From the sequence record SRR20825006_173: DNA of 51,246 bases; one strand, written 5' to 3'. The translations under genes were made by a program, and so were the position numbers. Positions 20,362 to 33,144 of the stretch are shown in pieces. Every line of letters begins with the position of its first letter. The stretch's first letter is position 1. Below the pieces are notes generated by a model. That model saw only the letters and a program-made list of their open reading frames with translations. It searched no databases and was not told the DNA's origin.

Positions 20362-20796
20362 TCATCCGCGCTCGTCCCTGTTTTTGATTGGAACCCCGTA
20401 AAGCTCAAGCCGGTGATCGACCAGCTTGAGTCCATATTCGCGCGCGATCCGCTCCTGCAAAGCTTCGATTTCAGGCGACTGAAACTCGATCACCTTGCCA
20501 TTCTTCAGGTCGATCAGATGGTCGTGATGCTCTTCCGGAACAGTTTCATAACGGGACCGGCCATCCCGAAAATCATGGCGCGCAATAATCCCGGCATCTT
20601 CGAAGAGCTTAACGGTGCGATAAACGGTCGAAATCGAAATCCGCGCGTCAACTTCGGCTGCCCGCTGATAAAGCTCTTCCACATCCGGATGATCTTCAGC
20701 ATCCTGAAGAACACGAGCAACCACTTTTCTCTGTTCTGTCATCCGCATGCCGCGCTCGGCGCAGAGTTCTTCCAGAGTTTTCGACAAGTCTTTCAT
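20362..20796 (-). CDS. fur: Fur-family metalloregulator (Fur/Mur type)
   Basis: RMTEQR, DHPDVEELY, ISTVYRT, HHDHLID; no CXXC motifs. Confidence 0.9.
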   Translation of the reverse strand: MKDLSKTLEELCAERGMRMTEQRKVVARVLQDAEDHPDVEELYQRAAEVDARISISTVYRTVKLFEDAGIIARHDFRDGRSRYETVPEEHHDHLIDLKNGKVIEFQSPEIEALQERIAREYGLKLVDHRLELYGVPIKNRDERG

Positions 20797-20854
20797 TGCA
20801 GCCCCGCCGGCCGGTTTTTCCGGCGTTCCTCAGATTCCCTTACAGAAAACCGGA

Positions 20855-21349
20855 CTAGCCGAGATCACGCCGCATGACAAGCGCCGTGGATTTCGATCCA
20901 TCATCCTGGGCATAATAGGCTTTACGCAGTCCAACCTCAGCAAAACCCAGTTTCCGATAGAGACCGACTGCGGGCTGATTCTGTGCATCAACTTCCAGCA
21001 GCATATGCAAAGCACCGCGTGCTTTGGCCTCACGCATCGCTGCTGTCATCAGTCGCCATCCGATGCCGCAACGCTGAAACTGCGGATCAACGCAGATCGT
21101 CAGGATCTCCGACTCATCAAAAGCAACGCGGCTCAGCACAAAACCGGAGGCAGGCGGGCGCACAATCCGGTTCGTTTGCCGCATAATAAAGCCGAAAACC
21201 GGTCTATGGCCTGTGAGCTTGTGTAGTTCACCGGCGCTCCACGCATGGGAAAAACACTTGCGGTGCACCTCGGCGGCCAGACCAAGATGCTCGTCTTCCA
21301 GCGGGAAGAATTCAAATTCGGGATTGCGCCAGAAAAACGGAACCTGCAT
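20855..21349 (-). CDS. rimI: RimI-like GNAT acetyltransferase
   Basis: ESEILTICV, QRCGIG, LEV...N..A..LY.KLGF..VG.RKAYY; next to tsaB. Confidence 0.8.
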   Translation of the reverse strand: MQVPFFWRNPEFEFFPLEDEHLGLAAEVHRKCFSHAWSAGELHKLTGHRPVFGFIMRQTNRIVRPPASGFVLSRVAFDESEILTICVDPQFQRCGIGWRLMTAAMREAKARGALHMLLEVDAQNQPAVGLYRKLGFAEVGLRKAYYAQDDGSKSTALVMRRDLG

Positions 21350-21368
21350 CTGCGTTCATTCTTTGTTG

Positions 21369-22022
21369 TTATGCTCTGGCGAGCGTAAAACCTGCCTGCG
21401 GCCTGGCATCCGGCGCTCTGAGATAAAGCGGAGCCACTGGTGCACCCGCCGTCGTCAAGGCTCCAAGGCGGGCAATTGTTTCTGCGCAGGCATGGTCTTC
21501 AAACCGTGGCGCGGCGAGATCTGCTGCCACCGCACCGGAACCAACGGGAACGGCATGATATGCCCTGGCGATGCTATCGATTTCATCGTAAGGCACAGCC
21601 GAGGGCGCGCTCAAAGGCATCGCCTGAGCGTCAAATACCTGCACATAGGCTTCACCGCGCCGCGCATCGATGGTCGCCAGAACAGCACTTTTTTCGTGAA
21701 GTTTCAGGTGCTGCGCGGAGATCGCGGAAAGTGCGGAAACGCCGACACATTCGGCCCCGGTTGCAACAGCAAGGGCACGGGCCGTCGAAACACCGACCCT
21801 GATACCGGTGAACGAGCCCGGACCAATATTCACCGCGATGCGACCCACCTGATCCAGGCTCAATCCGGCTTCAGTCAGGCACTGATCAAGCACTGCCATC
21901 AGCCGTTCAGCGTGGCCTTTCCCGATCGTCTCGCAAACGGATGCAAGGGCTTTTCCGCTTTCAGCGTCGAAAAGACATGCCGCGCAATCCGCGGCGGCTG
22001 TATCCAGTGCCAATATGATCAT
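21369..22022 (-). CDS. tsaB: tRNA threonylcarbamoyladenosine biosynthesis protein TsaB
   Basis: ILALDTA, HAERL, GPGSFTGIRVG, IDARRGE, PLYLR. Confidence 0.95.
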   Translation of the reverse strand: MIILALDTAAADCAACLFDAESGKALASVCETIGKGHAERLMAVLDQCLTEAGLSLDQVGRIAVNIGPGSFTGIRVGVSTARALAVATGAECVGVSALSAISAQHLKLHEKSAVLATIDARRGEAYVQVFDAQAMPLSAPSAVPYDEIDSIARAYHAVPVGSGAVAADLAAPRFEDHACAETIARLGALTTAGAPVAPLYLRAPDARPQAGFTLARA

Positions 22023-22047
22023 CGAAGCATCCCGTCTGATCCGTCAG

Positions 22048-22611
22048 TCAGACGGCTTCGACATGCTCCACTTCCGGTACGAAGTGATGCAGAAGGTTCT
22101 GAACGCCGTGTTTCAGCGTGGCGGTGGAAGACGGACATCCGGCGCAAGCGCCTTTCATATTGAGGAAAACCGTGCCTTCACGGTAGCCACGGAAGGTAAT
22201 ATCGCCACCATCCTGAGCAACGGCGGGGCGCACACGCGTTTCCAGCAATTCCTTGATTGTTGCAACAATCGTCTCATCACCGCTATCAAAGAATTCTTCG
22301 CCGGAAGCAGTATCCAGCTCTGGTGCAGCTGTTGCCATAACCGGCGCGCCAGACATGAAATGCTCCATGATCGCCCCTAGAATAGCGGGCTTCAGATGCT
22401 GCCACTCGGGGTCAGATTTGGTGACGGCAATAAAATCATAGCCGAAGAATACGGCTTCCACACCGGGTACTGCGAAAAGCCGGGTTGCCAGCGGAGACAC
22501 CATTGCATCATCGGCGGAACGGAAATCGGCATTGCCCGTTTCCATGACAACCTTGCCCGGAAGAAATTTCAGCGTGGCCGGATTGGGGGTCGTCTCTGTC
22601 TGGATGAACAT
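22048..22611 (-). CDS. NifU/NfuA-type Fe-S scaffold protein
   Basis: MFIQTETTPNPATLKF, RPAVAQDGGDI, GACAGCPSS. Confidence 0.93.
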   Translation of the reverse strand: MFIQTETTPNPATLKFLPGKVVMETGNADFRSADDAMVSPLATRLFAVPGVEAVFFGYDFIAVTKSDPEWQHLKPAILGAIMEHFMSGAPVMATAAPELDTASGEEFFDSGDETIVATIKELLETRVRPAVAQDGGDITFRGYREGTVFLNMKGACAGCPSSTATLKHGVQNLLHHFVPEVEHVEAV

Positions 22612-22650
22612 CTTCATCTCCACATCGGATTGGAATCTCAGTTGACCTTT

Positions 22651-22679
22651 ATATCGTCGCTCGCATCAAAGATGACAAG
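22651..22679 (-). promoter_or_regulatory. Putative sigma32/sigma70-type promoter for the Nfu gene
   Basis: CTTGTC-N16-ACGATAT on the minus strand. Confidence 0.45.
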
Positions 22680-22689
22680 GGCTATCATA

Positions 22690-23181
22690 TTAGCACAAAG
22701 CGTCAATATCGGCATCATCCAGGCCATCGGGCAGAACCGTAACCGGAATTGTGAATGATTTGCCACGTCCTGCCAGAAGAGAAACCAGAGGCCCGGGGCC
22801 TTCTTTGGCAGGTCCGGCGGCAAGAACCAGGATTGCAATATCGCGATCTTCCTCGACAACGGAATTGATGACCTCGGAGCGGTCGCCTTCCCGGATCACG
22901 ATCTCAGCCTCGATGCCCACTGTTTCGCGGGCCGCTTCTGCAGCCCGTGTCGCCACGGTCTCGGCCTCTTCCCGCGCTTCGGCCCGAATAAATTCCTGAA
23001 CCCCGATCCACTGCTGTGCGTCGTGCTCCGGAATGACGAAAAGAAGCACCAGCCCGCCATTGGTGTTTTTTGCACGCCTTGCAGAATAACGCACGGCGCG
23101 CGCGCATTCAGGGGTGCCATCTACGACCGCCATGAATTTTCGGCGATGTCCGGCTTCGCCGGAGAGTCGTTTGGAAACCAT
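22690..23181 (-). CDS. Universal stress protein
   Basis: RKFMAVVDGTPEC..A, IVIREG, ILVLAA, IPVTVLP. Confidence 0.88.
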   Translation of the reverse strand: MVSKRLSGEAGHRRKFMAVVDGTPECARAVRYSARRAKNTNGGLVLLFVIPEHDAQQWIGVQEFIRAEAREEAETVATRAAEAARETVGIEAEIVIREGDRSEVINSVVEEDRDIAILVLAAGPAKEGPGPLVSLLAGRGKSFTIPVTVLPDGLDDADIDALC

Positions 23182-23371
23182 ATTCGAAAAGACCCCGTTG
23201 AAAATAGCCGGTGCCGGAAAGCAGATTGAATGTCCGATCCCGGCACTTCGGCAGCTCTACCATAACACGCAGACACGGCAGACAGGCAAGCGCTTAGCGC
23301 ATTTCGCAATCAGGTGGCATCAGCCAACCTTCGCGAAAATGCATTAAAACAAACAGATAAGCCGAACCGTT

Positions 23372-24433
23372 CTATAAAAGTCCGATAATGTCGCGAACGT
23401 CATTCATCGTATTCTCGGCAATCGCCCCGGCACGCTCGGAACCGTCCCTCAGCACCGCATCAATATGTGCCGGATCATCGAGAAGACGGCGCATTTCAGC
23501 ATTGATCGGAGCGAGAACCGTAACGGCCAGTTCGGCCAGAGCCGGTTTGAAGACGGAGAATTGCTGACCGCCGAATTCCTGCAGAACTTCGGCTTTGGTC
23601 TTGTCCGCAAGCGCGGCGTAAATGCCGACAAGGTTATTGGCTTCCGCCCTGCCCTCAAGTCCTTTGACCTCGCCTGGCAACGCATCCGGATCTGTTTTCG
23701 CCTTCCGAATCTTGCGGGCAACCGTATCGGTATCATCGGTCAGATTGATACGCGAAAGGTCGGATGGGTCGGACTTCGACATCTTTTTCGACCCGTCCTT
23801 CAAGCTCATGACGCGAGGTGCGGGACCATCAATCAACGGATCGACCATGGGGAAGTAGGCATGAACCGGCTGTTCGCCAACGGTGATATCAACACCCTTG
23901 CCGCCCTGCCGGATCGCCTCGTCAAAATCCAGATTGAACTTCATCGCGATATCGCGCGTCAGTTCCAGATGCTGCTTCTGATCTTCGCCCACCGGAACAT
24001 GCGTGGCACGATAGACAAGAATGTCAGCCGCCATCAGAGAAGGATAGGCAAGAAGACCAAGCGAGGCATTTTCGCGGTCCTTGCCGGCCTTGTCCTTGAA
24101 CTGCGTCATGCGGTTCATCCAGCCAATGCGGGCAACGCAATTGAACACCCAGGCGAGCTCTGCATGTTGCGGCACGGCCGACTGATTGAAAACGATATGT
24201 TTGACCGGATCGATGCCGGACGCCAGATAGGCGGCGGTGATTTGGCGTGTCTGCGATTTCAGGTCCTTGTGAACCAGTTGAGCAGTAATCGAATGAAGAT
24301 CGACCACACAATAGATGCAGTCCATCCTGTCCTGAAGCGCCACGAACCTGCGCAACGCACCAAGATAGTTACCCAGATGCAGGTTGCCGGTGGGCTGGAC
24401 ACCGGAAAAAATCAGCGGCTTGAATTCACTCAT
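23372..24433 (-). CDS. trpS: Tryptophan-tRNA ligase
   Basis: [20 protein letters not shown] 24433. Confidence 0.98.
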   Translation of the reverse strand: MSEFKPLIFSGVQPTGNLHLGNYLGALRRFVALQDRMDCIYCVVDLHSITAQLVHKDLKSQTRQITAAYLASGIDPVKHIVFNQSAVPQHAELAWVFNCVARIGWMNRMTQFKDKAGKDRENASLGLLAYPSLMAADILVYRATHVPVGEDQKQHLELTRDIAMKFNLDFDEAIRQGGKGVDITVGEQPVHAYFPMVDPLIDGPAPRVMSLKDGSKKMSKSDPSDLSRINLTDDTDTVARKIRKAKTDPDALPGEVKGLEGRAEANNLVGIYAALADKTKAEVLQEFGGQQFSVFKPALAELAVTVLAPINAEMRRLLDDPAHIDAVLRDGSERAGAIAENTMNDVRDIIGLL

Positions 24434-24552
24434 ATCGTTTCTTTCTCGGACGGGTGGAAGGCCCGGCTTCTGATGTTCTATCAAAAATATCCGAAGCGCT
24501 TATGCACCGGTGCAGCATCAAGGTCAAACCGGGAGATTCCGGGCGTGCACGG

Positions 24553-26127
24553 TCACTGTTTTTTGGCGCCGCGGCGTTTCAAAAGCCGCGCCAGAAGGGT
24601 CTTGTTCACACCGCCGGTCACAATCACCAGACCGAAATAAATTACGGCAGCCACAAGCAGAAGCAGCACAAGACCGCCGAACTGATGCAAAAACGGAGAT
24701 TCGGGTGTGAACCAGTGCGAAAGTTTGCCAGCAGTATATCTGACAGCAACGGCCATAACCGCGGCACTGGCGATAATAAGCGGTCCACGCCGCATCAACA
24801 GCTTGTCGAAACGTAACTGGCCGCTGATGATCAGCGTTGCGGCAAGCAAAATGACATTGGTCCAGCCGGAAACGACCTCTGCAAGAGCGATGCCCCGCTC
24901 GGCAAGAATTGGAAACAGCGAAATAGCAAGCACCGAATTGATGACGACAGCGACCAGCGTAAAGCGCATCGGCAGTTTGGTGTTCTCACGGGCGTAAAAG
25001 GCCGGCTGCAACGCCTTTGTCAGCGCAAAAGCTGGCAGCCCAAAGGCATAGACCGTCATAATCGCCGCAACCAGCGCAGTTGTCTCGGGCACAAACGCAC
25101 CGCGCTCGTAAAGCACACGGGTGATTTCCGGTGAGATTGCCATGAGTCCGAAGGCGGCAGGCACCGTCAGAAACAGTACGAATTCTATCGTCCGGTTTTG
25201 AACATGCGAGGCCTCCCCAAGGTTGCCGGCTTTCAGCGCACGTGACAACTCCGGCAGCAGCACGACGCCACCAGCAACCCCGACAACGCCCAGCGGCAGT
25301 TGATAAAGCCTGTCGGCATATTGGAGGGCGGAAATCGCCCCGTCCTTGCCAGAGGCCACCGCCTGACCGATGATCTGATTGATCTGGATGACACCGCCTG
25401 TAACTGCCGCCGGTACGGCCAGTGCCACGAGCCGCCGGATCTTCGGCGTGATCCTGGGCATCCGGAAACGAAACCGCATACCTGCGCGCCTGACATCGAA
25501 ATAAACGACAGAAAGCTGCACCAAACCAGCGACCAGCACCCCCCAGGACAGGTAGTTGGCCATCGCGACAGCATCTGCCTTCAGGTAAACGCCGAAGCCC
25601 AGGACACCGATCAGAACGACATTGAGAAAAACCGGAGCAATTGCGGCTGCAAAATAACGATGCAGTGAATTGAGCATTCCGCTCATCATCGCCATCAGTG
25701 ACATGCAAATGAGATAGGGAAACATGACCGAGGCCAGCCGGACGGTCATTTCAAATTTTTCAACATCATCGGCAAAACCCGGCGCGATGATGAAACGCAC
25801 CAGAAGCGGCATGGCGAGTTCCATCACCACCGTCATGACGAACAGAACGGAAAACAGAACGCCGAAGACTTCTTCCGAAAAGCGTTTGGCACCTTCGGTC
25901 CCGTTCTCCTCGATTTCTTTGGAGAAAAGCGGGACAAATGCCGCATTGAATGCGCCTTCGGCGAACAGCCTGCGAAATAGGTTAGGAAAGCGAAAAGCGG
26001 CATAAAACACGTCCGCCATAGGGCCTGTGCCCAGCGCCGCCGCCATCATGGTTTCACGGGCAAAGCCAAGCACCCGGCTTGCAAATGTCGCACCGCCGAC
26101 GGTGACAAACTTGCCGGCGAGGCTCAT
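24553..26127 (-). CDS. murJ: Lipid II flippase MurJ (MviN)
   Basis: [33 protein letters not shown]; about 14 TMs. Confidence 0.96.
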   Translation of the reverse strand: MSLAGKFVTVGGATFASRVLGFARETMMAAALGTGPMADVFYAAFRFPNLFRRLFAEGAFNAAFVPLFSKEIEENGTEGAKRFSEEVFGVLFSVLFVMTVVMELAMPLLVRFIIAPGFADDVEKFEMTVRLASVMFPYLICMSLMAMMSGMLNSLHRYFAAAIAPVFLNVVLIGVLGFGVYLKADAVAMANYLSWGVLVAGLVQLSVVYFDVRRAGMRFRFRMPRITPKIRRLVALAVPAAVTGGVIQINQIIGQAVASGKDGAISALQYADRLYQLPLGVVGVAGGVVLLPELSRALKAGNLGEASHVQNRTIEFVLFLTVPAAFGLMAISPEITRVLYERGAFVPETTALVAAIMTVYAFGLPAFALTKALQPAFYARENTKLPMRFTLVAVVINSVLAISLFPILAERGIALAEVVSGWTNVILLAATLIISGQLRFDKLLMRRGPLIIASAAVMAVAVRYTAGKLSHWFTPESPFLHQFGGLVLLLLVAAVIYFGLVIVTGGVNKTLLARLLKRRGAKKQ

Positions 26128-29030
26128 GGCTTCTGTCCGCCCTTGGCCGAAACTGCTGCCGCGCCCGCAGGCAGAAGGATTCCCGGCGGCATACCTTTGC
26201 GATAGGCGTCGTCGTTTTCTTCCAGTGCCGCCCGTAACCTCTGCACAATGGCCGCCTGACGATTTTCGTTGGTAATTTTCGCGCCGACCAGATCGGTCAC
26301 ATAAAAGCTGTCGATCACCTTTTCACCGAATGTCGTGATCCGGGCGCTGCGAATATCGAGAGAGAGCTCTGACAACGTCTGGGTCACATCTGCCAGAAGC
26401 CCGGTGCGGTCGAGACATTCGATTTCGATAACGGTGAAGACATTGGAAAGCTTGTTGGATACCGAGACATGCGTGGTGACAGAAAACGGTTCGGCCTTGT
26501 GGGTTTCGTGGCGTTTGGTGGCGATCACATCGGGAAGGTGCTTCCTGCCCGAAAGCACATCTTCAATCAGCCGCCCGATATTGGCGGCACGCCTAAACTC
26601 ATCGTCATCCTCATCAAACGCACGATTCAACAGGATCGTGTCCAGTGCGCGTCCATCCGTGGTGGTGAATATCTGTGCATCTGCGATATTGCCGCCAGTC
26701 GCAGCACAGGCCCCTGCAATGATGGAAAGAAGCCGGGGGTGATCCGGTGCCAGCAGCGTGATCTCTGTGATATCGTGGAAGGCGTGGGTGCGAACCATGG
26801 TCGAGAACAATTTCTTGTCGGCGTCCGCCTTGCGAATGAATTGCGCATGACGCACCTGATCTTCCAGCGGCACCGACAGCAGATAGTTCTGATACTGCAG
26901 TTCTGAATAATGTTCGCGTTCTCCGTCGCTCCAGCCATCGAGCGCTGCCGCCAGATCAGCGACTGCCTGCTCAGTCCGCGCTTTGCGGGAAACAGCGGAA
27001 AATCCACCGGAGAGCAGGATTTCTGTTTCATAGTAAAGTGTGCGCAGCAACTGGCCCTTCCAGCCATTCCAGACATCTGGCCCCACCGCCCGGATATCGC
27101 ATACCGTCAGGATCAAAAGCATGTTCAGCCTGTCCAAAGACTGCATCTGACCGGAGAAGTCGGTAACCGTTTTACGGTCTGTCAGATCGCGGGTCTGCGA
27201 TGTCATCGACATGAGAAGGTGTTTTTCGATCAGCCAGGCAACCTGTTCGGTCTGTTTCGGCGTCAGGCCAAGCCGCGGACAAAGCTTGCGAGCCACGCGC
27301 GCTCCGGCGATGGAGTGATCCTCTTTCCGTCCCTTTGCAACATCATGAAGCAACACGGCCACATAGAGCACGGCGCGATCCTCGATATTGCCAATCAAGG
27401 CGGCCGCCAGCGGGTGAACTTCGGAGTCACCCTGGCTATTGTCGATCTCGGAAAGAATACCAACGGAACGGATCAGATGCTCATCAACGGTGAAGTGATG
27501 ATACATATTGAACTGCATCATCGCGACAATCCGCCCGAATTCCGGAAGAAAACGGCCTAAAACGCCCGCCTCATTCATCCGGCGCAGATAAAGCGAGGGA
27601 TCATTGCGTGAGGTCAGGGTCGACAGGAACAGCCGGTTGGCTTCCTCATTTTCCCTGAGATCAGTATTGATCAGTGACAGAGAACGGGTGAGCACCTTCA
27701 AGGCATCGGGATGAAATTCCAGATCATTCAACTGTGCAATGTAGAAGAAGCGTATGATCGCAACAGGATCTTTCTTGAAAACATCAGGTGCCGCAAGCGC
27801 TATCCGCCCGGCATCATCGATAAACTCAACCGATCCGGCAATCTTGCGCTTGCGTTTGGTAAACCGTGTCAGAACCCGGCCGATAACCGGAACCGCCTTG
27901 GCCTGCTGCTCTTCCAGGTCAGCACAGAATATACGTGTCAGATCGCCGACATCCTTGGCGACAAGGAAGTAATGCTTCATGAACCGCTCAACAGCAGACA
28001 GACCGGGCCTGTCCTGATAACCAAGCGCTGCGGCAATATCCCGCTGAATATCGAACGACAGTCGTTCCTCTGCCTTTCCGGTCAGAAAATGCATGTGGCA
28101 GCGCACAGTCCATAAAAAGTCTTCTGCCCGGTTGAAGAGCTTCAGCTCCTGCCGCGATAACACGCCGAGCGCAACCAGCTGCTGCGGTTCACGCACCTGA
28201 TAGAAATACTTGCCGATCCAGAACAGTGTATTAAGGTCACGCAGCCCGCCCTTGCCCTCCTTCACATTCGGAACGACGAGGTAGCGGGTATCGAAAGATT
28301 TACGATGCCGCTCGTCACGTTCGGCAAGCTTGGCAGCGATGAATTCCGGCCCGCTATTGGCCACGACTTCCTTGTCGAAACGCGCCTGAAGCGTCGTGAC
28401 AAGGGACTTCTTTCCAGCAATATGGCGCATTTCCAGAATGGAAGTGCGAATGGTCATGTCGCTTTTGGAAAGCTTGATACATTCGGAAACGCTGCGGGTG
28501 GCATGACCGACCTTCAGCCCCATATCCCAAAGCATGTATAGAATATACTCGACGGCTTCGAGCGTCTCTTTGCGGTCTGCGCCATTGATCAGAAACAGAA
28601 GATCAATATCCGAACCGGGGGCCAGTGTGCCGCGACCATAACCACCCACAGCGGTTACGGCGAAATCGCCTTTCGTCTCCGGATAGAGAACACCCGTCAC
28701 CATACTGTTGAGCGCGACCAGAATCTGATCCTGCAACCAACTGATATGGCGCGCGCATTCCAGTCCGCTGCCGTCTTCCTTCAGAAGCTCATAGGCACGT
28801 TCGCGACCTGTGACATTGATCTCTTTCAGCCGCGCCAGAAGCGTTGGGCGAAACCCGTTCGGTTCCTTGATATTCTTTTTCGCAAGCGCCTTCAGTTCGG
28901 CCTTGAATGCAGATGTATTAAGCACGTCCGGCATCGCATACGGAGCGCTCTCGCCCCCACCGCCTGCACGTTTCTTGCCCTGGATGGCTTCCTTGCCGTC
29001 GCGTTCAGTTCTGGGGGTCTGCATTGTCAT
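26124..29030 (-). CDS. glnD: [Protein-PII] uridylyltransferase
   Basis: [13 protein letters not shown] NTase, [20 protein letters not shown] domain, two ACT domains. Confidence 0.97.
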   Translation of the reverse strand: MTMQTPRTERDGKEAIQGKKRAGGGGESAPYAMPDVLNTSAFKAELKALAKKNIKEPNGFRPTLLARLKEINVTGRERAYELLKEDGSGLECARHISWLQDQILVALNSMVTGVLYPETKGDFAVTAVGGYGRGTLAPGSDIDLLFLINGADRKETLEAVEYILYMLWDMGLKVGHATRSVSECIKLSKSDMTIRTSILEMRHIAGKKSLVTTLQARFDKEVVANSGPEFIAAKLAERDERHRKSFDTRYLVVPNVKEGKGGLRDLNTLFWIGKYFYQVREPQQLVALGVLSRQELKLFNRAEDFLWTVRCHMHFLTGKAEERLSFDIQRDIAAALGYQDRPGLSAVERFMKHYFLVAKDVGDLTRIFCADLEEQQAKAVPVIGRVLTRFTKRKRKIAGSVEFIDDAGRIALAAPDVFKKDPVAIIRFFYIAQLNDLEFHPDALKVLTRSLSLINTDLRENEEANRLFLSTLTSRNDPSLYLRRMNEAGVLGRFLPEFGRIVAMMQFNMYHHFTVDEHLIRSVGILSEIDNSQGDSEVHPLAAALIGNIEDRAVLYVAVLLHDVAKGRKEDHSIAGARVARKLCPRLGLTPKQTEQVAWLIEKHLLMSMTSQTRDLTDRKTVTDFSGQMQSLDRLNMLLILTVCDIRAVGPDVWNGWKGQLLRTLYYETEILLSGGFSAVSRKARTEQAVADLAAALDGWSDGEREHYSELQYQNYLLSVPLEDQVRHAQFIRKADADKKLFSTMVRTHAFHDITEITLLAPDHPRLLSIIAGACAATGGNIADAQIFTTTDGRALDTILLNRAFDEDDDEFRRAANIGRLIEDVLSGRKHLPDVIATKRHETHKAEPFSVTTHVSVSNKLSNVFTVIEIECLDRTGLLADVTQTLSELSLDIRSARITTFGEKVIDSFYVTDLVGAKITNENRQAAIVQRLRAALEENDDAYRKGMPPGILLPAGAAAVSAKGGQKP

Positions 29031-29036
29031 GCCTTT

Positions 29037-29066
29037 ATCACCGGCTTCGTTTTATGGTGCCGGTGA
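29037..29066. terminator. Hairpin between mutS and glnD
   Basis: ATCACCGGC-N12-GCCGGTGAT; no clear U-tract. Confidence 0.35.
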
Positions 29067-29081
29067 TGTTCTTAAAACAAA

Positions 29082-31832
29082 TCACTCTTCAATGGAAACA
29101 TCGGCGTTCAATTGTTTCTTCAGCGCATAAAGAGCATCAAGCGCCTCGCGAGGCGTCATATCGTCCGGACGCAACCCCTCAAGCATCTGCTCCACCGCCG
29201 AAGTCGGCAGTTCAGGCTCCGGTACCCGCATCGACGCCTGAAACAGTGGCAGATCATCAATCAGATTGGCGGCGGGATTCTTGCGATCTGCATCCTCCAG
29301 CCGGGCCAGAACATTTTTTGCACGCTTGACAACCGAACTGGGAAGACCAGCCAGCCGTGCAACCTGAATACCATAGGAGCGATCCGCCGCGCCCGGCCCA
29401 ACCTCGTGCAGAAAGACCACTTCGCCCTTCCACTCCTTGACCCGCATCGTGGCGTTTACAAGGCGGGGCAGTTTCTCCGAAAGCACCGTCAGTTCATGGA
29501 AGTGGGTCGCAAAAAGCCCGCGGCATCCATTGACATTGTGCAAATGCTCTACGGCAGCCCATGCAATCGAAAGCCCGTCAAAAGTCGCTGTCCCACGGCC
29601 GATTTCATCAAGGATCACCAGTGAGCGTGGACCGGCCTGATTGAGAATGGCCGCTGTTTCAACCATTTCAACCATGAAAGTCGAACGGCCACGCGCCAGA
29701 TCATCCGACGCACCGACACGGGAGAAAAGCCGGTCAACAACCCCGATATGCGCATTTTCGGCAGGCACGAAGGCACCTGTTTGCGCCAGAATGGCAATCA
29801 GTGCGTTCTGGCGCAGAAAGGTCGACTTACCGCCCATATTCGGGCCGGTCAGAAGCCAGAGGCTCCCCTTGTCACCTTCTGTCGGCGAGAGATCGCAATC
29901 ATTGGCCACGAACGGCCCGCCTGACTGTCGCCTGAGCGCCTGCTCGACAACAGGATGACGACCGCCGACAACTTCGAATGCCGTTGTGTCATCAACAACC
30001 GGTCGCGAATAAGCCTCGGCTTCGGCCAGAACCGCAAATCCGGCGGATACATCGAGTACCGAAAGCGCCAACGCGCCAGCCTTGATCGTCTCCGCCTCTG
30101 AAACAACGGCAGCACGAAGCTGCTCATAGGTTTCCAGCTCGATCACCAAAGCCTCACCGGCAGCATTTGCGATCCGGCTTTCAAGGTCTGCAAGCTCCGA
30201 GGTGGTAAACCGCATGGCGTTTGCCATCGTCTGGCGGTGAATGAACTTTCCCTTGGCGTCGTCGCCTTCCGTCAGTGCCTTGGCATTAAGGCTGGTCACT
30301 TCAATGAAATAGCCAAGCACATTGTTATGTTTTATTTTCAGCCCTTTAACGCCGGTTTCTTCGGCATATTGCGCTTGCAAACCCGCAATCACCCGCCGCG
30401 AGGTATCGCGCAGGCTTCGCGCTTCATCGAGTTCGCTATTGGCACCCTCACGCACAAAGCCGCCATCACGCTTCAAAAGCGGCAACTCTTCGGCAAGCGT
30501 TTCGGAAAGACGTGCTTCCAGCGTTTCCGGCAAGGCATTGAGTTTTCCCAGCGCGTCGGCCACTTCATCCGGCACATCGGCCATTGACAGAACTGATGCA
30601 ATTTCACGCGCGACAGAAAGCCCCTGACAAATCGCTCCAAGGTCACGCGGACCACCGCGGTCCAGCGCAAGGCGCGAAAGCGCGCGCGGCATATCCGGAA
30701 CCTGCTTCAGCCTGGATCGCGCGTCATCACAAAGCGAGGGTGCACCGAGAAAGAACGCCACCGAATCAAGCCGCCTGCCGACTTTCAACGGGTCTGTCAG
30801 TGGCGACATCAGCCGCTCCCCCAGAAGCCGGGCACCGCCGCTGGTCACAGTACGATCAACCGACTTCAAGAGCGAGCCTTCGCGACCGCCGGACATCGTG
30901 CGCGTCAGTTCCAGATTGGCGCGTGTTGCAGGATCAATGAACATGCTCAGCGATCCACCATCCTGCTCGGGAATCCCGAGTGGCGGACGTTCGTTGATCT
31001 GGGTTTTCTCGACATAGGAAACGGCAGCCGCAGCCGCGGAAAGCTCAGCACGGGAAAATAGTCCGAAGCCATCCAGCGTGGCGACGGAAAAGAAGCGGGC
31101 CAACCGGTCTTTTGCTGTGGCACTGTCAAACAGAACAGACGGTTGCGGCGAAACCGCACGACCCAGAAGATCGAAAACAGAACGCAACTTTTCATCATTA
31201 AACAGGGTATCGGCGACAATCAGCTCACGCGGCTCCACGCGCATGATATCGGCAGCCAAACGATCTTCACTGGTAGCGCTTAAGCGAAAAATGCCGGTCG
31301 AGATGTCAATCCAAGCCAGACCGAAAGCATTATCCCCCTCGCCGCGTACTCGCGACAAGGCCATCAGATAGTTACTCTCCCCCGGAGCCAGAAGCTTTTC
31401 TTCTGTCAGCGTCCCCGCCGTCACAAGCCTGGTAACATCCCGCCTCACGACGGATTTTGCTCCGCGCTTTTTCGCCTCAGACGGATCTTCGGTCTGTTCG
31501 CACACAGCCACGCGAAAGCCCAGCGCAATCAACTTTTGCAGATAATCATCAGCGGCATGAACCGGCACGCCACACATCGGAATGTCGCGGCCCAGATGCT
31601 GTCCGCGTTTGGTCAGCGTGATCGACAGCGCACGGGCAGCATCCACAGCATCATCAAAGAAAAGCTCGTAAAAATCGCCCATGCGATAAAACAGCATGAG
31701 ATCAGGGTTTGCGGCCTTGATCTCTATATACTGCTCCATCATAGGCGTTGCTGCCGCCTTGCTTTCCTCGGAAATCAGTTCTTCGGTCTTGATGCGATTA
31801 TCGTCTGACACGGGCGTCCGTCTGTTGCTCAT
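29082..31832 (-). CDS. mutS: DNA mismatch repair protein MutS
   Basis: [42 protein letters not shown]; start uncertain (ATG 31832; ORF open to 31874). Confidence 0.97.
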   Translation of the reverse strand: MSNRRTPVSDDNRIKTEELISEESKAAATPMMEQYIEIKAANPDLMLFYRMGDFYELFFDDAVDAARALSITLTKRGQHLGRDIPMCGVPVHAADDYLQKLIALGFRVAVCEQTEDPSEAKKRGAKSVVRRDVTRLVTAGTLTEEKLLAPGESNYLMALSRVRGEGDNAFGLAWIDISTGIFRLSATSEDRLAADIMRVEPRELIVADTLFNDEKLRSVFDLLGRAVSPQPSVLFDSATAKDRLARFFSVATLDGFGLFSRAELSAAAAAVSYVEKTQINERPPLGIPEQDGGSLSMFIDPATRANLELTRTMSGGREGSLLKSVDRTVTSGGARLLGERLMSPLTDPLKVGRRLDSVAFFLGAPSLCDDARSRLKQVPDMPRALSRLALDRGGPRDLGAICQGLSVAREIASVLSMADVPDEVADALGKLNALPETLEARLSETLAEELPLLKRDGGFVREGANSELDEARSLRDTSRRVIAGLQAQYAEETGVKGLKIKHNNVLGYFIEVTSLNAKALTEGDDAKGKFIHRQTMANAMRFTTSELADLESRIANAAGEALVIELETYEQLRAAVVSEAETIKAGALALSVLDVSAGFAVLAEAEAYSRPVVDDTTAFEVVGGRHPVVEQALRRQSGGPFVANDCDLSPTEGDKGSLWLLTGPNMGGKSTFLRQNALIAILAQTGAFVPAENAHIGVVDRLFSRVGASDDLARGRSTFMVEMVETAAILNQAGPRSLVILDEIGRGTATFDGLSIAWAAVEHLHNVNGCRGLFATHFHELTVLSEKLPRLVNATMRVKEWKGEVVFLHEVGPGAADRSYGIQVARLAGLPSSVVKRAKNVLARLEDADRKNPAANLIDDLPLFQASMRVPEPELPTSAVEQMLEGLRPDDMTPREALDALYALKKQLNADVSIEE

Positions 31833-31958
31833 GAATGCCGTAATGGTTTCCCAATCATGTGTCACGAAACCCAATCTGCCGAAAGAGCGTCAGATCACAA
31901 AGCTGGGCAAAACGTCCAGAAAACCACGAACGGCAGATGGGTCGGTGATATCGCAGGA

Positions 31959-32840
31959 TCAGCTGGCAAACCGACCGGCATCCGCACCGTAATAGTTCAG
32001 ATAGCGATCAGAAATGGCGGCAATTGGAAGTACAACCAGAACATCCGTGGTGTTGAAAGCATGATCGACCACGGCGCCTTCACCCACCATAGCGCCAAGG
32101 CGAAGATAGCCCTTGATCAATGGCGGCAACGCGGTCAGCGCCTTGCGTCCGCTCACCTCTTCGGCTGGCATCATGTTCATATCAATGCCGATGTCGGGCA
32201 GTGCCTCGACAGACCATTCACCGGTTGCCCGTGCATTGTGGTACAAAAAGGAGAGCGCCATGGCATGAGCCTCGGGGATGGCCCCGTGAAACGAAGCGCA
32301 GCCAAACATGGCACCGATATTATGCTTCAGCGCATAAGCCCAGTTCCCCTGCCACAACAGCTCAACGGTGCGCTTGCTGCGGTATTCCGGCAAAACACAC
32401 GACCGGCCAAGCTCCATGAACCGCAGATCGGGATGACGAGCGACCAATTGGTCGGTACGGTATTCAGCATCGGAATAAAAACCGCCATATTCCAAAGCAA
32501 CCTCGTGCCTTAGAAGACGATAGGTGGCGACAATCTGATCTTCGGTATCGCCCTCGATCTTACGATCAAGCACAAGAAGATGATCACAGATCTCGTCCCA
32601 CTTGTCGAAATCACGTTTGCGGCGCATGGCTTCATCTGGCAGCTGCGCCTGCATTTCCTCGACAAAAACACGGTAGCGAACAGATTGGGCGGCATCGATT
32701 TCGCTCTCCGAACCTGCGATACGCGTTTCGAGCGTTCCGATTCGGCCCAATATGCCGTCCCTGGCGATATCCTCAGGCGTGATGGCCGCGCTGCCTGCAC
32801 GGTCTCCCGATTGAAGATACTCAAGCACATCCATCGTCAT
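31959..32840 (-). CDS. olsB: Ornithine N-acyltransferase (GNAT family), ornithine-lipid synthesis
   Basis: AAQSVRYRVF, D.FD...DHLLV, ELGRSCV..YR, LFG/MFGCAS, LPPLIKGYLRLGA; start ATG 32840 favoured over 32873 by promoter geometry. Confidence 0.88.
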   Translation of the reverse strand: MTMDVLEYLQSGDRAGSAAITPEDIARDGILGRIGTLETRIAGSESEIDAAQSVRYRVFVEEMQAQLPDEAMRRKRDFDKWDEICDHLLVLDRKIEGDTEDQIVATYRLLRHEVALEYGGFYSDAEYRTDQLVARHPDLRFMELGRSCVLPEYRSKRTVELLWQGNWAYALKHNIGAMFGCASFHGAIPEAHAMALSFLYHNARATGEWSVEALPDIGIDMNMMPAEEVSGRKALTALPPLIKGYLRLGAMVGEGAVVDHAFNTTDVLVVLPIAAISDRYLNYYGADAGRFAS

Positions 32841-32886
32841 TGCATGATCCGGATCGTTGAACTTCGATGTCATTAAACATTTGTGT

Positions 32887-32904
32887 GCGACAGGCTCGTG
32901 ACAG
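32887..32904 (-). promoter_or_regulatory. Pho box (PhoB binding site) upstream of olsB
   Basis: CTGTCAC-GAGC-CTGTCGC on the minus strand, followed by a TTTAAT -10 (32877-32872). Confidence 0.75.
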
Positions 32905-33144
32905 TCGCATCCCGCTGCTTGGGTTTGAAATCAGTGAAAGGAGGCAAAAAACCGCCAGGTTCACCATACGCCGCTGCCCATTCGACAGCCCTGCCGACTA
33001 CTGAAAAAAGCTTAATACAAGCCAAACCCAAGGTCCAGTTTCTTTTGGCTCAAACAATTGAAGTCTTTGCCGGTTTCCCCTCCAATCGATACCATCAGAA
33101 GGAAGATTTCATGAAACCACCCTCACTTATCGGCAGAAGTGCCT

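Noticed and set aside
23465..24640. 391-aa plus-strand ORF (and similar long ORFs 14904-15917, 16378-17472, 21213-22163, 41581-42462)
   Set aside because: Antisense shadows of well-supported genes (trpS, CBS protein, phoH/ybeY, tsaB, hpf) with no recognisable motifs; expected in GC-rich coding DNA
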